DNA from: an uncultured Candidatus Saccharibacteria bacterium
GTDB lineage: Bacteria; Patescibacteriota; Minisyncoccia; CAIUEV01; JAHKAQ01
DNA length: 64,000 bases
Reading direction: 5' to 3'
Assembly (NCBI GenBank): GCA_964598205.1
Contig: CAZRBB010000001.1
Coordinates: 156,199 to 220,198, forward strand
Numbering within the stretch: the first letter of the stretch is position 1; each line of letters starts with the position of its first letter. The translations under genes and the position numbers were made by a program. Under the pieces are notes generated by a model that made no database searches, had not been told where the DNA came from, and saw nothing but the letters and a program-made list of their open reading frames with translations. Positions 37,707 to 47,413 of the stretch are shown piece after piece.

Positions 37707-38886
37707 TTTTCTTAAAATTGGCCTTCCTGGTTTCTTAAATTCAAAATGGAATTACTTTTTTGGTTTACAAACGCCAGCCTTAAAAGAGGTGCAATTTAAA
37801 AACAAGCTCTTAGACATCTTTTCGGGAGAGTATCAGCCTTCTCTTGGTTTATCTTCTTTTTTTAATTTGCTCCTTTCTTTCTTAAAAGTAGAAGAATTAT
37901 TTTTTTCTTTAGAGATTCCCAAAAAAGACACGGTTTTGTCTTTTAAAAAAACTAAGCATGGTCAATTAAAAACCGCGGTTCTAAAAAACAGTTCAAAAAA
38001 ACCAACCATTCCTTTTCTTTTCTTTATTTTTCCAAATTCCCAATCTAGGATTGCTTTTTACGCTACAGGGAGAAAGGTTATTGAAAAAAGTAATTTAAGA
38101 TTTATTCAAAAATCACTTACTCCCTTTTCTTTAAAGCTAGAAAACTATCTTTTATGGTTCTATTTAGAACAGGAGATTGTTTTTCAAAAAAAGAAACTTC
38201 CCCAAGATTCACTTTCTAAAAACTCTGCCACCACCTTTCTCCGTTTTAGTCATGAATTAAAAACACCACTCGCCATTGCCAAAAACTTGGTTTGGCAAGA
38301 ATTAGCCAACAGTACCGATTGTTTCTGTGAAAAGATTTCTCTTTCCTTAGAAAAGATAGCTCAATTGGCAGAAGATTTCTCGTTCTTTCTAAAACTCAAT
38401 CATGAACCAGTATTAATCAGTGATTCTTTTAGGCTCAATCTTTCAGAATCTTTAGACGAAATTTTTTGCGACTTGGAACTTTTGGCGGAAGGAAAAAAAA
38501 TAATTTTTAAAAACTATTGTTCCAAAAATATTTTTGTAATGAGTGCTAAAAAGGGAATAGAAAAAGCCTTACGCAATCTAATTTTCAACGCCTTTATTTA
38601 TAATCACTCCGGTGGAGTGGTAGAGGTTTGTTCTTCTTTGAATAAGGGAACTGTGCGCTTGGTTATTTTAGACACAGGAAAAGGCATTGCCCAAAAAGAT
38701 CTAAGCTTTATTTTTGATTTATTTTACCGTTCGCCATTAGCCAAAGAGATTTATCCAGAAGGTAGCGGCTTGGGACTCCCAATAGCTAAAAAAATAATAG
38801 AAAAACACAACGGTACTCTGGCCGCCGAAAGCGAAGAAGGTAATGGTTCAATTTTTGTAATTACTTTACCGGCCTCTTCTAATTAA
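37675..38886 (+). CDS. Sensor histidine kinase (HisKA + HATPase_c)
   Basis: H-box FSHELKTPLAIAKN, N-box LRNLIFNAFIYN, G-box GSGLGLPIAKKIIEKHNG. N-terminus overlaps the response-regulator 3' end, so the true start may lie downstream. Confidence 0.8.
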   Translation: MTERVFSQRINFLKIGLPGFLNSKWNYFFGLQTPALKEVQFKNKLLDIFSGEYQPSLGLSSFFNLLLSFLKVEELFFSLEIPKKDTVLSFKKTKHGQLKTAVLKNSSKKPTIPFLFFIFPNSQSRIAFYATGRKVIEKSNLRFIQKSLTPFSLKLENYLLWFYLEQEIVFQKKKLPQDSLSKNSATTFLRFSHELKTPLAIAKNLVWQELANSTDCFCEKISLSLEKIAQLAEDFSFFLKLNHEPVLISDSFRLNLSESLDEIFCDLELLAEGKKIIFKNYCSKNIFVMSAKKGIEKALRNLIFNAFIYNHSGGVVEVCSSLNKGTVRLVILDTGKGIAQKDLSFIFDLFYRSPLAKEIYPEGSGLGLPIAKKIIEKHNGTLAAESEEGNGSIFVITLPASSN

Positions 38887-38951
38887 AAAAAATCAAACAA
38901 TATTATCAAAACTTTCGTGTTTCACCTTGAACTATGCCAGGCGTGCTAGTC

Positions 38952-41273
38952 TTAATTAACTTCAATTATCTTTTCCAAAAAAGCTAAAGGAAGAATTGCT
39001 GGTTTTTCGGCGGCAGCTTGATGATAAATTACAGTAGAAGGAGTAAGTGCTGGAAGAGTATTGGCTTCTATTAAAATTACTTCTTTTGTTTGGAGATTAA
39101 AAAAAAGATCCAAGCGAGCATAACCAGAAATACCCAAGGCCGAAGCCGCTTTTTGGGTAAGGTCTTGAACAATTTTTAAATCACGAGAAGAAAACCATTC
39201 CTCTGGTGGTGGGGTAAAATTAATACCAGTTCCACCTTGAAATTTTTCTTCTAAAGAAAGAATTTTACCAGAGGCGATTGTTTGGCTAGGAGTTAAAGAT
39301 TTTAATTGATTACCTTGGCCCAAAACTCCTACCGAAAGCTCAATCCAGCCATGAATCTTTTTTCGGTGAAGTTTCTTTCCTAAAATAGCAACCGAATCGG
39401 TTAGAATAAATTTTTCGGCTATTGCTTCAGAGCAAAAACTTTTAGGCAACTCTACGGCTGCGGGATGATCCTTGAGTAGCCCACCAGGGATACAGATTTT
39501 ATTGCTAAGAAGATGATCAAGATAAATTTTTAATTCAGCAGCACTGTTGATTTTAGCAACACCAGCAGAACAGCCATCAGACCGTGGTTTTAAGACTAAT
39601 TCTTTTGCATTAAGTTGGCTGGTAATTTTTTTCCAAAGGGCCTGGGAATCATTTTTTCCACCGAGCTTTATTAAGAACTTGGGGAGACTTTTAAGTTTTG
39701 GGTGGTTTAATTCAGTAATAACTCGCCCGGTTTCCCATTTATCCATTCCTAGTTGAGAAGCCTTAGCACCAGATCCATTAAAGGGAACTTTTAATTGAGC
39801 AAGCTCCGACTGAAAAGTACCATCTTCTCCAGTGCCACCATGGAGCGCTAAAAAAATAAAATCAAATTCTTTTGCCAGTTTTTCTAAAGTAGTTTTTTGA
39901 GGTAGAAAAAGTGATTCGCTTTTAAAATCAGCAGGGATGCCAAGTTCCCAAAGAGTCTTTACTCCCATTTCTTGGAATTTCTTTATTTTTTTGCTGTTAG
40001 TTTTGCAAATCAAATAATCGATTTCTTCTACTGTATGGTGTAGAGCAAAAAAATAAGGGATTCGCCAAAACTCTCCTTTTGGTGAAAGAAAAATAGGCTC
40101 CGGCTTAAACTTGGAAGAAGATTTTAATTTAATAAAAACATTAGTTCCCGAAAGAAGCGAGATTTGCCGCTCTGCTGTTTCTCCTCCAAAAATTACCGCT
40201 ACTTTCTTTTTCTTTATAGGCTCTCCCTTCTTTGAACTACCATTTTTAATGGTTCGCTCCGCCGCTCTTTGGGCTAAATAGTTCAAAAGCTCAGCGTGAT
40301 TTAATCCCAAAAAAGCGGCTTGTCTAAAAATAAAACTATTTTGCTCCATGCCGGTAATCGGATTTATGTCGCTAAACCAAATTTTATTATCTTCCAAAAG
40401 CCAGCCATCAAACCGTGCGTAATCTCGTAAGTTAAACAGTGAGAAAATTTTTTTAGCTTCTTCTTGGATTTTTTGAATAACCGAATCGGAAAATCGGGGA
40501 GGAGTAAAAAAATGAATATGATCGCTGGCTAAATATTTTTTTCTAAAACTAAAGAAAGAATCACTTCCCTTTTTAAAACCGATTTCGGTGGGGATAAGCG
40601 GGATTGGTTCTCCGTTTTTATTTTCTAAAATAAGGATTGTAAATTCTTTTCCTGGGCAAAATTTTTCCAAGACGGCTTCGTCCCCATAATTAAAAACATT
40701 CACTAACTTTGACTTTAATTCAGAAGGAGAATCTAAAAACTCTACTCCCAAAGAAGAGCCGGACCGATTGGGTTTTAAAACATAACGACCCTTTTTAATT
40801 TTTGGTAGGACTCCTCCTTTTTTTATTAATTCCGTGCCCCAAGTATAAAAACCGTTTGCTTTTAATTTTTTTTGGGCTAGGTGTTTATCAATAGTTTCCT
40901 GGGCCCCTTTTTCTTTTACACCAACAAAATTTACCTTGGCATTAGTCAGTATCTTTTGGATTTCTCCATCTTCACCAAACTCGCCGTGCATAATTGGCCA
41001 AACCAAGTCTTGAGATCCTAAATATTTTTTAAACTGGGAAGTGGTTAATTTTTGGCCAATCTTTTTGATTTTGAATTCAAAATCAAAAACGGTATTGGAA
41101 TAAAGCTGGAAAGAGGGGATAAGGTAAGGAGTCTTTTGGGAATCAAAATAAACAATAGAAATTAAAAAGTGTTCTTTGTCTAAATTATCTAAAACCGAAC
41201 GAGTAGAATTTAGAGAAATGCTTTTTTCTGGTGATGGCCCTCCACAAAGTAGGGCAGTTTTTATTTTAGGCAT
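38952..41273 (-). CDS. ddl: Fused tandem D-alanine--D-alanine ligase (two complete Ddl-like ATP-grasp modules in one 773-aa protein)
   Basis: Module 1: ALLCGGPSPEKSISL, HGEFGEDGEIQ, KPNRSGSSLGV, ARFDG...INPITG. Module 2: VAVIFGGETAERQISL, HGGTGEDGTFQ, KPRSDGCSAGV, ARLDLFF...EANTLPA. Confidence 0.8.
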   Translation of the reverse strand: MPKIKTALLCGGPSPEKSISLNSTRSVLDNLDKEHFLISIVYFDSQKTPYLIPSFQLYSNTVFDFEFKIKKIGQKLTTSQFKKYLGSQDLVWPIMHGEFGEDGEIQKILTNAKVNFVGVKEKGAQETIDKHLAQKKLKANGFYTWGTELIKKGGVLPKIKKGRYVLKPNRSGSSLGVEFLDSPSELKSKLVNVFNYGDEAVLEKFCPGKEFTILILENKNGEPIPLIPTEIGFKKGSDSFFSFRKKYLASDHIHFFTPPRFSDSVIQKIQEEAKKIFSLFNLRDYARFDGWLLEDNKIWFSDINPITGMEQNSFIFRQAAFLGLNHAELLNYLAQRAAERTIKNGSSKKGEPIKKKKVAVIFGGETAERQISLLSGTNVFIKLKSSSKFKPEPIFLSPKGEFWRIPYFFALHHTVEEIDYLICKTNSKKIKKFQEMGVKTLWELGIPADFKSESLFLPQKTTLEKLAKEFDFIFLALHGGTGEDGTFQSELAQLKVPFNGSGAKASQLGMDKWETGRVITELNHPKLKSLPKFLIKLGGKNDSQALWKKITSQLNAKELVLKPRSDGCSAGVAKINSAAELKIYLDHLLSNKICIPGGLLKDHPAAVELPKSFCSEAIAEKFILTDSVAILGKKLHRKKIHGWIELSVGVLGQGNQLKSLTPSQTIASGKILSLEEKFQGGTGINFTPPPEEWFSSRDLKIVQDLTQKAASALGISGYARLDLFFNLQTKEVILIEANTLPALTPSTVIYHQAAAEKPAILPLAFLEKIIEVN

Positions 41274-41470
41274 CTTTTATCTTGTTGATTCTTAGAATTT
41301 TTAGAATAGTATTTTAGATTAAACAAAACAAGCTCCCCTAAGCAATTAATGGGGATTTTATTCTTTTTTCTTTTGCTTTTTTAATCACTTTTTGCTACAA
41401 TTTTCCGAGACAAGGAAAATATTAAACAACTTTCTGTGTATATATAATAGAAGACATTTTTAGAAGATAT

Positions 41471-41818
41471 TTGGTCTGTATGCAAAAAAATCTTAGTAAA
41501 ATCTTAATATTTATTATCAACGGTCTTTTAATGGCGATTACTTTTTTGGTAATTAAAGACCAGGATCGGAAAAATTTAGCAATTAAAACGGACACTAACT
41601 CAACCATTAATTCAATTAATTCCAATATCTTAGATTCGCAAAACGCTATTTCTACTAATCGAGAAAATAAATTGCGCGAACTAAACAACACTCCTCAAGA
41701 ACAAAAAAATCAACAAACCATAACAACAAAGACAATAACTGACACAGCCCCAACAATTACTGTCACCCCTGCTCCTCCCAAAATAAAAAAAGCCAGCCGA
41801 ACAACAAAAAGCTCTTAA
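41471..41818 (+). CDS. Hypothetical membrane-anchored protein with Thr/Pro-rich tail
   Basis: N-terminal TM helix, then low-complexity sequence. Confidence 0.3.
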   Translation: MVCMQKNLSKILIFIINGLLMAITFLVIKDQDRKNLAIKTDTNSTINSINSNILDSQNAISTNRENKLRELNNTPQEQKNQQTITTKTITDTAPTITVTPAPPKIKKASRTTKSS

Positions 41819-41822
41819 AAAT

Positions 41823-42140
41823 ATGCAAAAAATAACTGGAATTAAATTTTATCTACTAGCTCTACTACTTTTGGTTTTTTGTTTAACCTCTTTGGGTTTT
41901 GCTCTAGCCAAAGATGAAGACTCCCCAACAAATAATTCAACCAGCAGTTCGGATGTTATTATTGGACCAGAAGGGAACGAAATAAAAACAACAACCGACA
42001 TAAGCACAGAAACAGTTATTCAAAAGGACAGCGACGGCGATGGACTCCTAGACGAACAAGATCCTCACCCCAATATTCCGGAAATATATATTGTGACCGA
42101 TGATAACAGAAATGGCATTGTTGATCAGTTCGAGAAATAA
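41823..42140 (+). CDS. Secreted protein with calcium-binding-like DxDxDG repeats (thrombospondin type 3-like)
   Basis: Signal peptide plus DSDGDGLLDEQDPHPN. Confidence 0.4.
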   Translation: MQKITGIKFYLLALLLLVFCLTSLGFALAKDEDSPTNNSTSSSDVIIGPEGNEIKTTTDISTETVIQKDSDGDGLLDEQDPHPNIPEIYIVTDDNRNGIVDQFEK

Positions 42141-42143
42141 AAA

Positions 42144-43073
42144 ATGAAGAAATCAGACATAGTAGAAAAAGAATTTAAGGCGCTAGGAACAGACATCTAT
42201 TTACAACTAGTTTGCAGTAGTAACTCAAAAAAAAGAGCAAGCAAAGATTTGAGTGTCGTAGCCGATTTCTATTTGGCTACAGAAAATATTTTTAGTCGCT
42301 TTAAAAAAGACAGTGAGCTTAATTTTTTTAATCAAAATTTAGGAAATTTTTTTAAAGCTTCGCCACATTTTCTGTTAGTAGCGAAAGAAATTCTACGCTA
42401 CCATGCATTAAGCAAGGGGATGTTTGATCCGCGGGTAATTGAAGTCTTAGAATGGGTTGGCTACAAGGAAGATTTTAAAAAAAACCAGCCATTGCCTGCA
42501 GCTGGGAAATCTTTTCCAAAAATAAATATTAAAAATCTCAAAAAAGATTTGGTAATTCGGGGCAAGGAAGTCTTGTTCAATCATCGGATGGATTTTGCGG
42601 GGATCACTAAGGGGCACATTACAGATACAGCGGGGGAAATGTTAAAATCTTTTGGTTGGGAAAATTTCTTAATAGATTCTGGTGGTGACATGTGCGCTTT
42701 TGGGAAGGATCAAAAACAGGAAAGTTGGAAAGTTGATATAGAAGGAATTACAGAAGAAAAAATATTACTTACGCTAAACAACGAAGCGATCGCTACTTCG
42801 GGGATTGGTAGGCGAAAATGGGAAAGCAAGGGAAAAAAATTTCATCATTTAATTAATCCTAAGAACCCAGAAAAATTTTCTTTTGATTTAAAATCGGTTA
42901 CGGTTATTTCTCCGACAGCCATTGAAGCGGATTTTTGGGCAAAAGTTTTGTTTTTATTAGGCAAAGAGGATGGAAGAGAGTTTTCTCTGAACAACAAAAT
43001 TAAAAGCATCTTTTTAGATTATCGTGGCGATGCCTTTCTTTCCCTAGAAATGAAAAAAAATCACAACCAATGA
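42144..43073 (+). CDS. apbE: FAD:protein FMN transferase (ApbE family)
   Basis: FKALGTDIYLQLV start and GITKGHITDTAGEMLKSFG...LIDSGGDM match ApbE conserved blocks. Confidence 0.65.
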   Translation: MKKSDIVEKEFKALGTDIYLQLVCSSNSKKRASKDLSVVADFYLATENIFSRFKKDSELNFFNQNLGNFFKASPHFLLVAKEILRYHALSKGMFDPRVIEVLEWVGYKEDFKKNQPLPAAGKSFPKINIKNLKKDLVIRGKEVLFNHRMDFAGITKGHITDTAGEMLKSFGWENFLIDSGGDMCAFGKDQKQESWKVDIEGITEEKILLTLNNEAIATSGIGRRKWESKGKKFHHLINPKNPEKFSFDLKSVTVISPTAIEADFWAKVLFLLGKEDGREFSLNNKIKSIFLDYRGDAFLSLEMKKNHNQ

Positions 43074-43912
43074 AAAAGTTATTATTCATTATCGCAATAA
43101 TTATTACAGGAGCAAGCTTTAGCGTGGCATTGGCAGAAGAACAAAAAGTGGATTATAAAAATAATCCAGTCCTAGATAGTGATTTAGACGGACTAACAGA
43201 CGAAGGAGAAAAACAGATTTACAATACCGATCCTAATATTGCCGACACAGACGGGGACGGTATTTTTGACGGGGCAGAAGTGCTTACCAACACCAATCCA
43301 AAAGACAATACTAGCCCAAGCGCTATCCAAGAAACCACTATTTATAAATATCCAGAAGAAGAAAGAATTCTCTGGTCTTGGTATTTATCTAGGTCGGGGG
43401 GCTTGATTTCTTTTCTTCTCCTTTATTTATCTATTTTTTTCGGCGTAGCCATCCGTTTGCCGTTTTTAAAAAAGATTACCAAACCAATCTACTCCTTTAG
43501 TATTCATCGCTGGCTTTCGGTCCAGGCGCTTATTTTTGCTCTTATCCATTCCCTTGTTTTACTGACGGATAAATATCTTAAATTTAGTTTTAAAGATATT
43601 TTTGTACCTTTTGCTTCCACTTACAAGCCAGAAATGATTACGCTCGGTGTTTTAGGGATGTATTCCATGATCGCTCTTCTTCTTACTTCTTATTTTCGTA
43701 AGTTTATTTCTTATCGTATTTGGCGGCTTGCCCACTTTTTAAACATTGTTCTCTATGCAGTTGCTTTTACTCATGCTTTCTATTTAGGAACAGATTTAAA
43801 GGCTGGTTTAATGCGGGAAATTTTTATTGGGTTAAATATTTTATTAGCTGGATTATTTTTATTAAATCTCTTGTTGAAAATAAAAAAGCCGCCCCAAGAG
43901 GGGCGGCTTTAG
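43070..43912 (+). CDS. Ferric-reductase-like (bis-haem b) transmembrane domain protein with N-terminal extracytoplasmic Ca-binding-like repeats
   Basis: DSDLDGLTDEGE...DTDGDGIFDG repeats. TM helices carry paired His residues 13 apart (HRWLSVQALIFALIHS and AHFLNIVLYAVAFTHA), typical of FRD/YedZ-type haem ligation. Confidence 0.55.
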   Translation: MKKLLFIIAIIITGASFSVALAEEQKVDYKNNPVLDSDLDGLTDEGEKQIYNTDPNIADTDGDGIFDGAEVLTNTNPKDNTSPSAIQETTIYKYPEEERILWSWYLSRSGGLISFLLLYLSIFFGVAIRLPFLKKITKPIYSFSIHRWLSVQALIFALIHSLVLLTDKYLKFSFKDIFVPFASTYKPEMITLGVLGMYSMIALLLTSYFRKFISYRIWRLAHFLNIVLYAVAFTHAFYLGTDLKAGLMREIFIGLNILLAGLFLLNLLLKIKKPPQEGRL

Positions 43913-43927
43913 AATTCTTTCTGAAAA

Positions 43928-44260
43928 TTAGATTTTAAGATCATCTACAACATCGGCAATGTCTTTTCTTTCCTTCTCTCTTTCTTCTCTGTGGCCACGG
44001 CGAGATCCTTCTGGCTCGTTTATTTTAAGATTGACTCGAGCATTGTTTCTGGCGCCAACAACTCGTAAAAGAGTGCGTAGTGATTTGGCAGTGGCTCCTT
44101 CTCGGCCAATAACCATTCCCATGTCTTCTGAATGGACATTGAGGGTGATTAATACGCCCATTTCATCTACTGTTCGTTCGGTCTTAACATCTTCTGGATG
44201 ATCAACCAAAGCGCGGACAACATACTCCACAAACGTTTGATCTTGGATTTCTTCTGTCAT
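43928..44260 (-). CDS. khpA: KH-domain RNA-binding protein KhpA (YlqC/UPF0109) with basic C-terminal extension
   Basis: VLITLNVHSEDMGMVIGREGATAKSLRTLLRVVG KH motif. Confidence 0.8.
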   Translation of the reverse strand: MTEEIQDQTFVEYVVRALVDHPEDVKTERTVDEMGVLITLNVHSEDMGMVIGREGATAKSLRTLLRVVGARNNARVNLKINEPEGSRRGHREEREKERKDIADVVDDLKI

Positions 44261-44521
44261 GTTTTAGCCTTACTTGATTAGCATGGCTCTTTCGGAGCCC
44301 AAACAAGGAAACCAGATGAATAAACAGCCAGCATCCTTACGCTTGATTGTAAATAAGATTCGCTTTATAGTCAATAAGCCATTAGTTGAAAATTATGGTA
44401 ATAACTGATGGTTTTTGCCAATTTAAGCGGTAATCAGCGGTGTGGTTTTAGTAAGAAATACGCCAATCATCTGAATCTTAAAAAAATAGGGCAAAAGATC
44501 TTAATTAATCGCACAAGAATC

Positions 44522-45193
44522 ATGAATTTTGACATTTTAACTATTTTTCCTGCCATTCTGGACTCTTATTTTAAAGAGGGAGTAGTTGGTCGGGCAGTGA
44601 AGAATAAAAAAATCAATATTCAAACTCACAATTTGCGAGATTGGACCAAAGACAAACACCGAACGGTAGACGATACTCCTTATGGTGGTGGCGCCGGCAT
44701 GGTCTTAAAGATAGAGCCGATCGCCTTAGCGCTTAAAGATTTAAAAAAGAAAGATTCTAAACGAACACGGACTATTCTTTTTTCGGCTAAGGGCACTTTA
44801 TTTAACCAAAAAAAAGCACAGGATCTTTCTAGTTATGAGCGATTAATTTTTGTTTGCGGTCGCTATGAAGGGGTAGATGAAAGAGTTGTTAAGCACTTAG
44901 TCGATGAAGAAATTTCCATTGGAGAGTTTGTTCTTTCTGGTGGAGAACTTGCCGCCGCCGTTCTGATTGATTCAGTTTCGCGGCTCCTACCTGGAGTCTT
45001 GGGGAATGAGGAATCTTTAATTGAAGAGTCGTTTCAAAAAAAAGGAATGGCTGAATATCCACAGTACACTAAGCCAGAAGATTATAAAGGCTGGAAGGTG
45101 CCTCCAGTGCTTCTTTCTGGCAATCATTCATTAATACGGGTTTGGCGAGAAAAACAAAACAAGAAAAATAATGGAAAAAAAACCAGCCGATAA
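44522..45193 (+). CDS. trmD: tRNA (guanine37-N1)-methyltransferase
   Basis: MNFDILTIFPAILDSYF...PYGGGAGMVLK... TrmD SPOUT motifs. Start set at the internal ATG (44522) rather than track start 44408. Confidence 0.9.
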   Translation: MNFDILTIFPAILDSYFKEGVVGRAVKNKKINIQTHNLRDWTKDKHRTVDDTPYGGGAGMVLKIEPIALALKDLKKKDSKRTRTILFSAKGTLFNQKKAQDLSSYERLIFVCGRYEGVDERVVKHLVDEEISIGEFVLSGGELAAAVLIDSVSRLLPGVLGNEESLIEESFQKKGMAEYPQYTKPEDYKGWKVPPVLLSGNHSLIRVWREKQNKKNNGKKTSR

Positions 45194-46268
45194 AATTCTC
45201 TTAATCGCTATCTTCTCTTTGGTGATTTTTGGATTGATTATGATTTTCTCCGCAAGCGTAGTGCTTTCTTTGGACAATTTTGGTGTTCCTTATTACTATT
45301 TTTATCATCAACTTTTTTACGGAATTATTCCTGGATTAATACTGTGGGGGATTATTCAGCATATTGATTATCGGCGTTGGGAAAAATTTGCACCAATTAT
45401 TTTTTTAATTGCCCTCTTACTTTTATTCGCTGTATTAATCCCCGGTATTGGTCAAACCCAAAAGGGTGCGGCTCGCTGGATTTATATTGGCTCTTTCAAT
45501 TTTCAGCCGGCAGAAATAGCAAAATTGGCCCTAGCACTTTATCTTGCTGCTTGGCTAGCTTCTAAGGGCGAAAAAATAAAAAGTTTTTCGGAAGGATTTG
45601 TCCCTTTTGTGGCTATTGTGGGTATGTTGGCTTTCTTGATTATTAATCAACCAGACATTGGTACATTAGGAGTGATTTCTTTAATGGCGCTAACCATCTT
45701 TTTCTTGGCTCGTTGTCGTTTAAGTCACTTTTTTCTTTTGATTGTTTCTGGCATTTCTTTTTTGTTTATTATGATAAAGATTGCCCCTTATCGTTTAGCA
45801 CGCCTAACTGTCTTTCTTAATCCTGGTGCCGATCCGCAGGGGATTGGCTACCAGATCAATCAGGCGCTTTTGGCAATTGGCTCAGGAGGATTATGGGGAG
45901 CGGGGTTAGGACACAGCAAGCAAAAATTTCTTTACTTACCGGAACCTATTGGAGACTCAATTTATGCTATAATAGCCGAAGAACTTGGTCTTTTGGGGAG
46001 TGTTTTTCTTTTAGCTCTTTTTTTAACAGTGGGAATAAGAGGAATGCTTATTGCCAAAAGAACCCCGGATCTTTTTGGAAAACTTTTGGCTGGGGGAATT
46101 ACTGCTTGGATTGTTTTTCAGGCGTTAATCAATATGGCGGCAATCACTTCCTTAATTCCTTTAACGGGAGTTCCGTTACCATTTATTTCTTACGGCAGTA
46201 CGGCTCTAGTAGTGGTTCTTTCGGCTTCGGGGATCCTTTTAAATATCTCTAAAAAAACAGATCCATGA
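45171..46268 (+). CDS. ftsW: SEDS-family peptidoglycan glycosyltransferase FtsW/RodA
   Basis: 10-TM protein, LIAIFSLVIFGLIMIFSAS N-terminus. Sits upstream of murG-murC-murB. Confidence 0.85.
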   Translation: MEKKPADKILLIAIFSLVIFGLIMIFSASVVLSLDNFGVPYYYFYHQLFYGIIPGLILWGIIQHIDYRRWEKFAPIIFLIALLLLFAVLIPGIGQTQKGAARWIYIGSFNFQPAEIAKLALALYLAAWLASKGEKIKSFSEGFVPFVAIVGMLAFLIINQPDIGTLGVISLMALTIFFLARCRLSHFFLLIVSGISFLFIMIKIAPYRLARLTVFLNPGADPQGIGYQINQALLAIGSGGLWGAGLGHSKQKFLYLPEPIGDSIYAIIAEELGLLGSVFLLALFLTVGIRGMLIAKRTPDLFGKLLAGGITAWIVFQALINMAAITSLIPLTGVPLPFISYGSTALVVVLSASGILLNISKKTDP

Positions 46269-47413
46269 AAATTATTCTAACAGGTGGTGGAACTGGCGGT
46301 CATCTTTTCCCCCTTTTAGCAGTCGCCCGAGAATTAAAAAGAATTAAAGGCCCAGAACTGGAACTTCTTTTTTTGGGGCCGATTAATCGTTTTTCTAAAA
46401 TAATTTTGGAAGAAAATGGGATTAAGACTTCTGGAATAATGGCCGGAAAATGGCGTCGCTATTCATCTTTTCAAAATATTGTGGATATTTTTAAATTTCC
46501 CATTGGCTTGGTCCAAAGTCTTTATAATGTTTGGAAGTTTATGCCAGATGCAGTGCTAGCTAAAGGCGGCTATGGTAGCGTTCCCCCAACAATCGCTGCC
46601 AGAATTTATCTTATTCCAATCTTAACCCACGAATCAGACGCCGTTCCCGGATATGCTAATCGTTTTTTAGCCAAAATTTCGGACAAAATTGCCGTTTCTT
46701 TTCCGTCTGCCGAAAAATATTTTAAGGCGGATAAAACAGTGCTTGTTGGAAATCCTATCCGCTCGGAAATTACTGCCGGTAACTTGGAAGAGGCACAGCG
46801 GATCTTTGGACTAAAAATAGATAAGCCAGTGCTTTTGGTATTAGGAGGGAGTCAGGGATCAAAACTAATCAACGAAAGAATTATAGAAATTCTTCCTCAA
46901 ATTTTGGAATTTTCCCAGGTGATTCACCAAATAGGGGAAGGTAATTTAGAGGCAGTAAAAAAACAAGTAGCTACTTGGGGGATTAAAATAGGTTATGCCG
47001 ATTATCATCCCTACGAATTCATTGGGCCGGAATTGATTCATGCTTACAGGGCTGCGGAATTAGTTATTTCTCGAGCGGGCGCTTCTACCGTTACAGAAAT
47101 TGCGGCAACAAAAAAACCTTCTATCCTTGTTCCTCTAGGAACAAGCGCGAATAATCATCAGCTTTTTAATGCCTATGCGGCAGCCAGTGTTGGTGGTGCT
47201 CTAGTAATTAAAGAAGAAAATTTTAAAGGCAATATTTTAATTAGTAAAATAGAAGAACTGATCAACAATCAAAGAGAACGAGAAGAAATGGGGCAAAAGA
47301 TTTTTGGGTTTTACAATCCAAAAGCCGCCACCGCATTAGCCGAAAGCTTAATCGGACTTTCTGAGGCGGGGAAGGTAGAGGGGGAGGGACTTTTTGACAA
47401 AAAAGTTATTTAA
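46265..47413 (+). CDS. murG: UDP-N-acetylglucosamine--N-acetylmuramyl-(pentapeptide) pyrophosphoryl-undecaprenol GlcNAc transferase
   Basis: ILTGGGTGGHLFPLLAVA N-terminal motif. 382 aa. Confidence 0.9.
   Translation: MKIILTGGGTGGHLFPLLAVARELKRIKGPELELLFLGPINRFSKIILEENGIKTSGIMAGKWRRYSSFQNIVDIFKFPIGLVQSLYNVWKFMPDAVLAKGGYGSVPPTIAARIYLIPILTHESDAVPGYANRFLAKISDKIAVSFPSAEKYFKADKTVLVGNPIRSEITAGNLEEAQRIFGLKIDKPVLLVLGGSQGSKLINERIIEILPQILEFSQVIHQIGEGNLEAVKKQVATWGIKIGYADYHPYEFIGPELIHAYRAAELVISRAGASTVTEIAATKKPSILVPLGTSANNHQLFNAYAAASVGGALVIKEENFKGNILISKIEELINNQREREEMGQKIFGFYNPKAATALAESLIGLSEAGKVEGEGLFDKKVI

Noticed and set aside
41290-41470. Possible terminator/hairpin cccctaagcaattaatgggg upstream of the tandem-Ddl gene
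   Set aside because: The inverted repeat is imperfect and short, so it is not convincing.
44408-44521. Upstream extension of trmD from the track start
   Set aside because: TrmD homologues begin at the MNFDILTIFP-type motif, which is the internal ATG at 44522. The extension has no homology signal.
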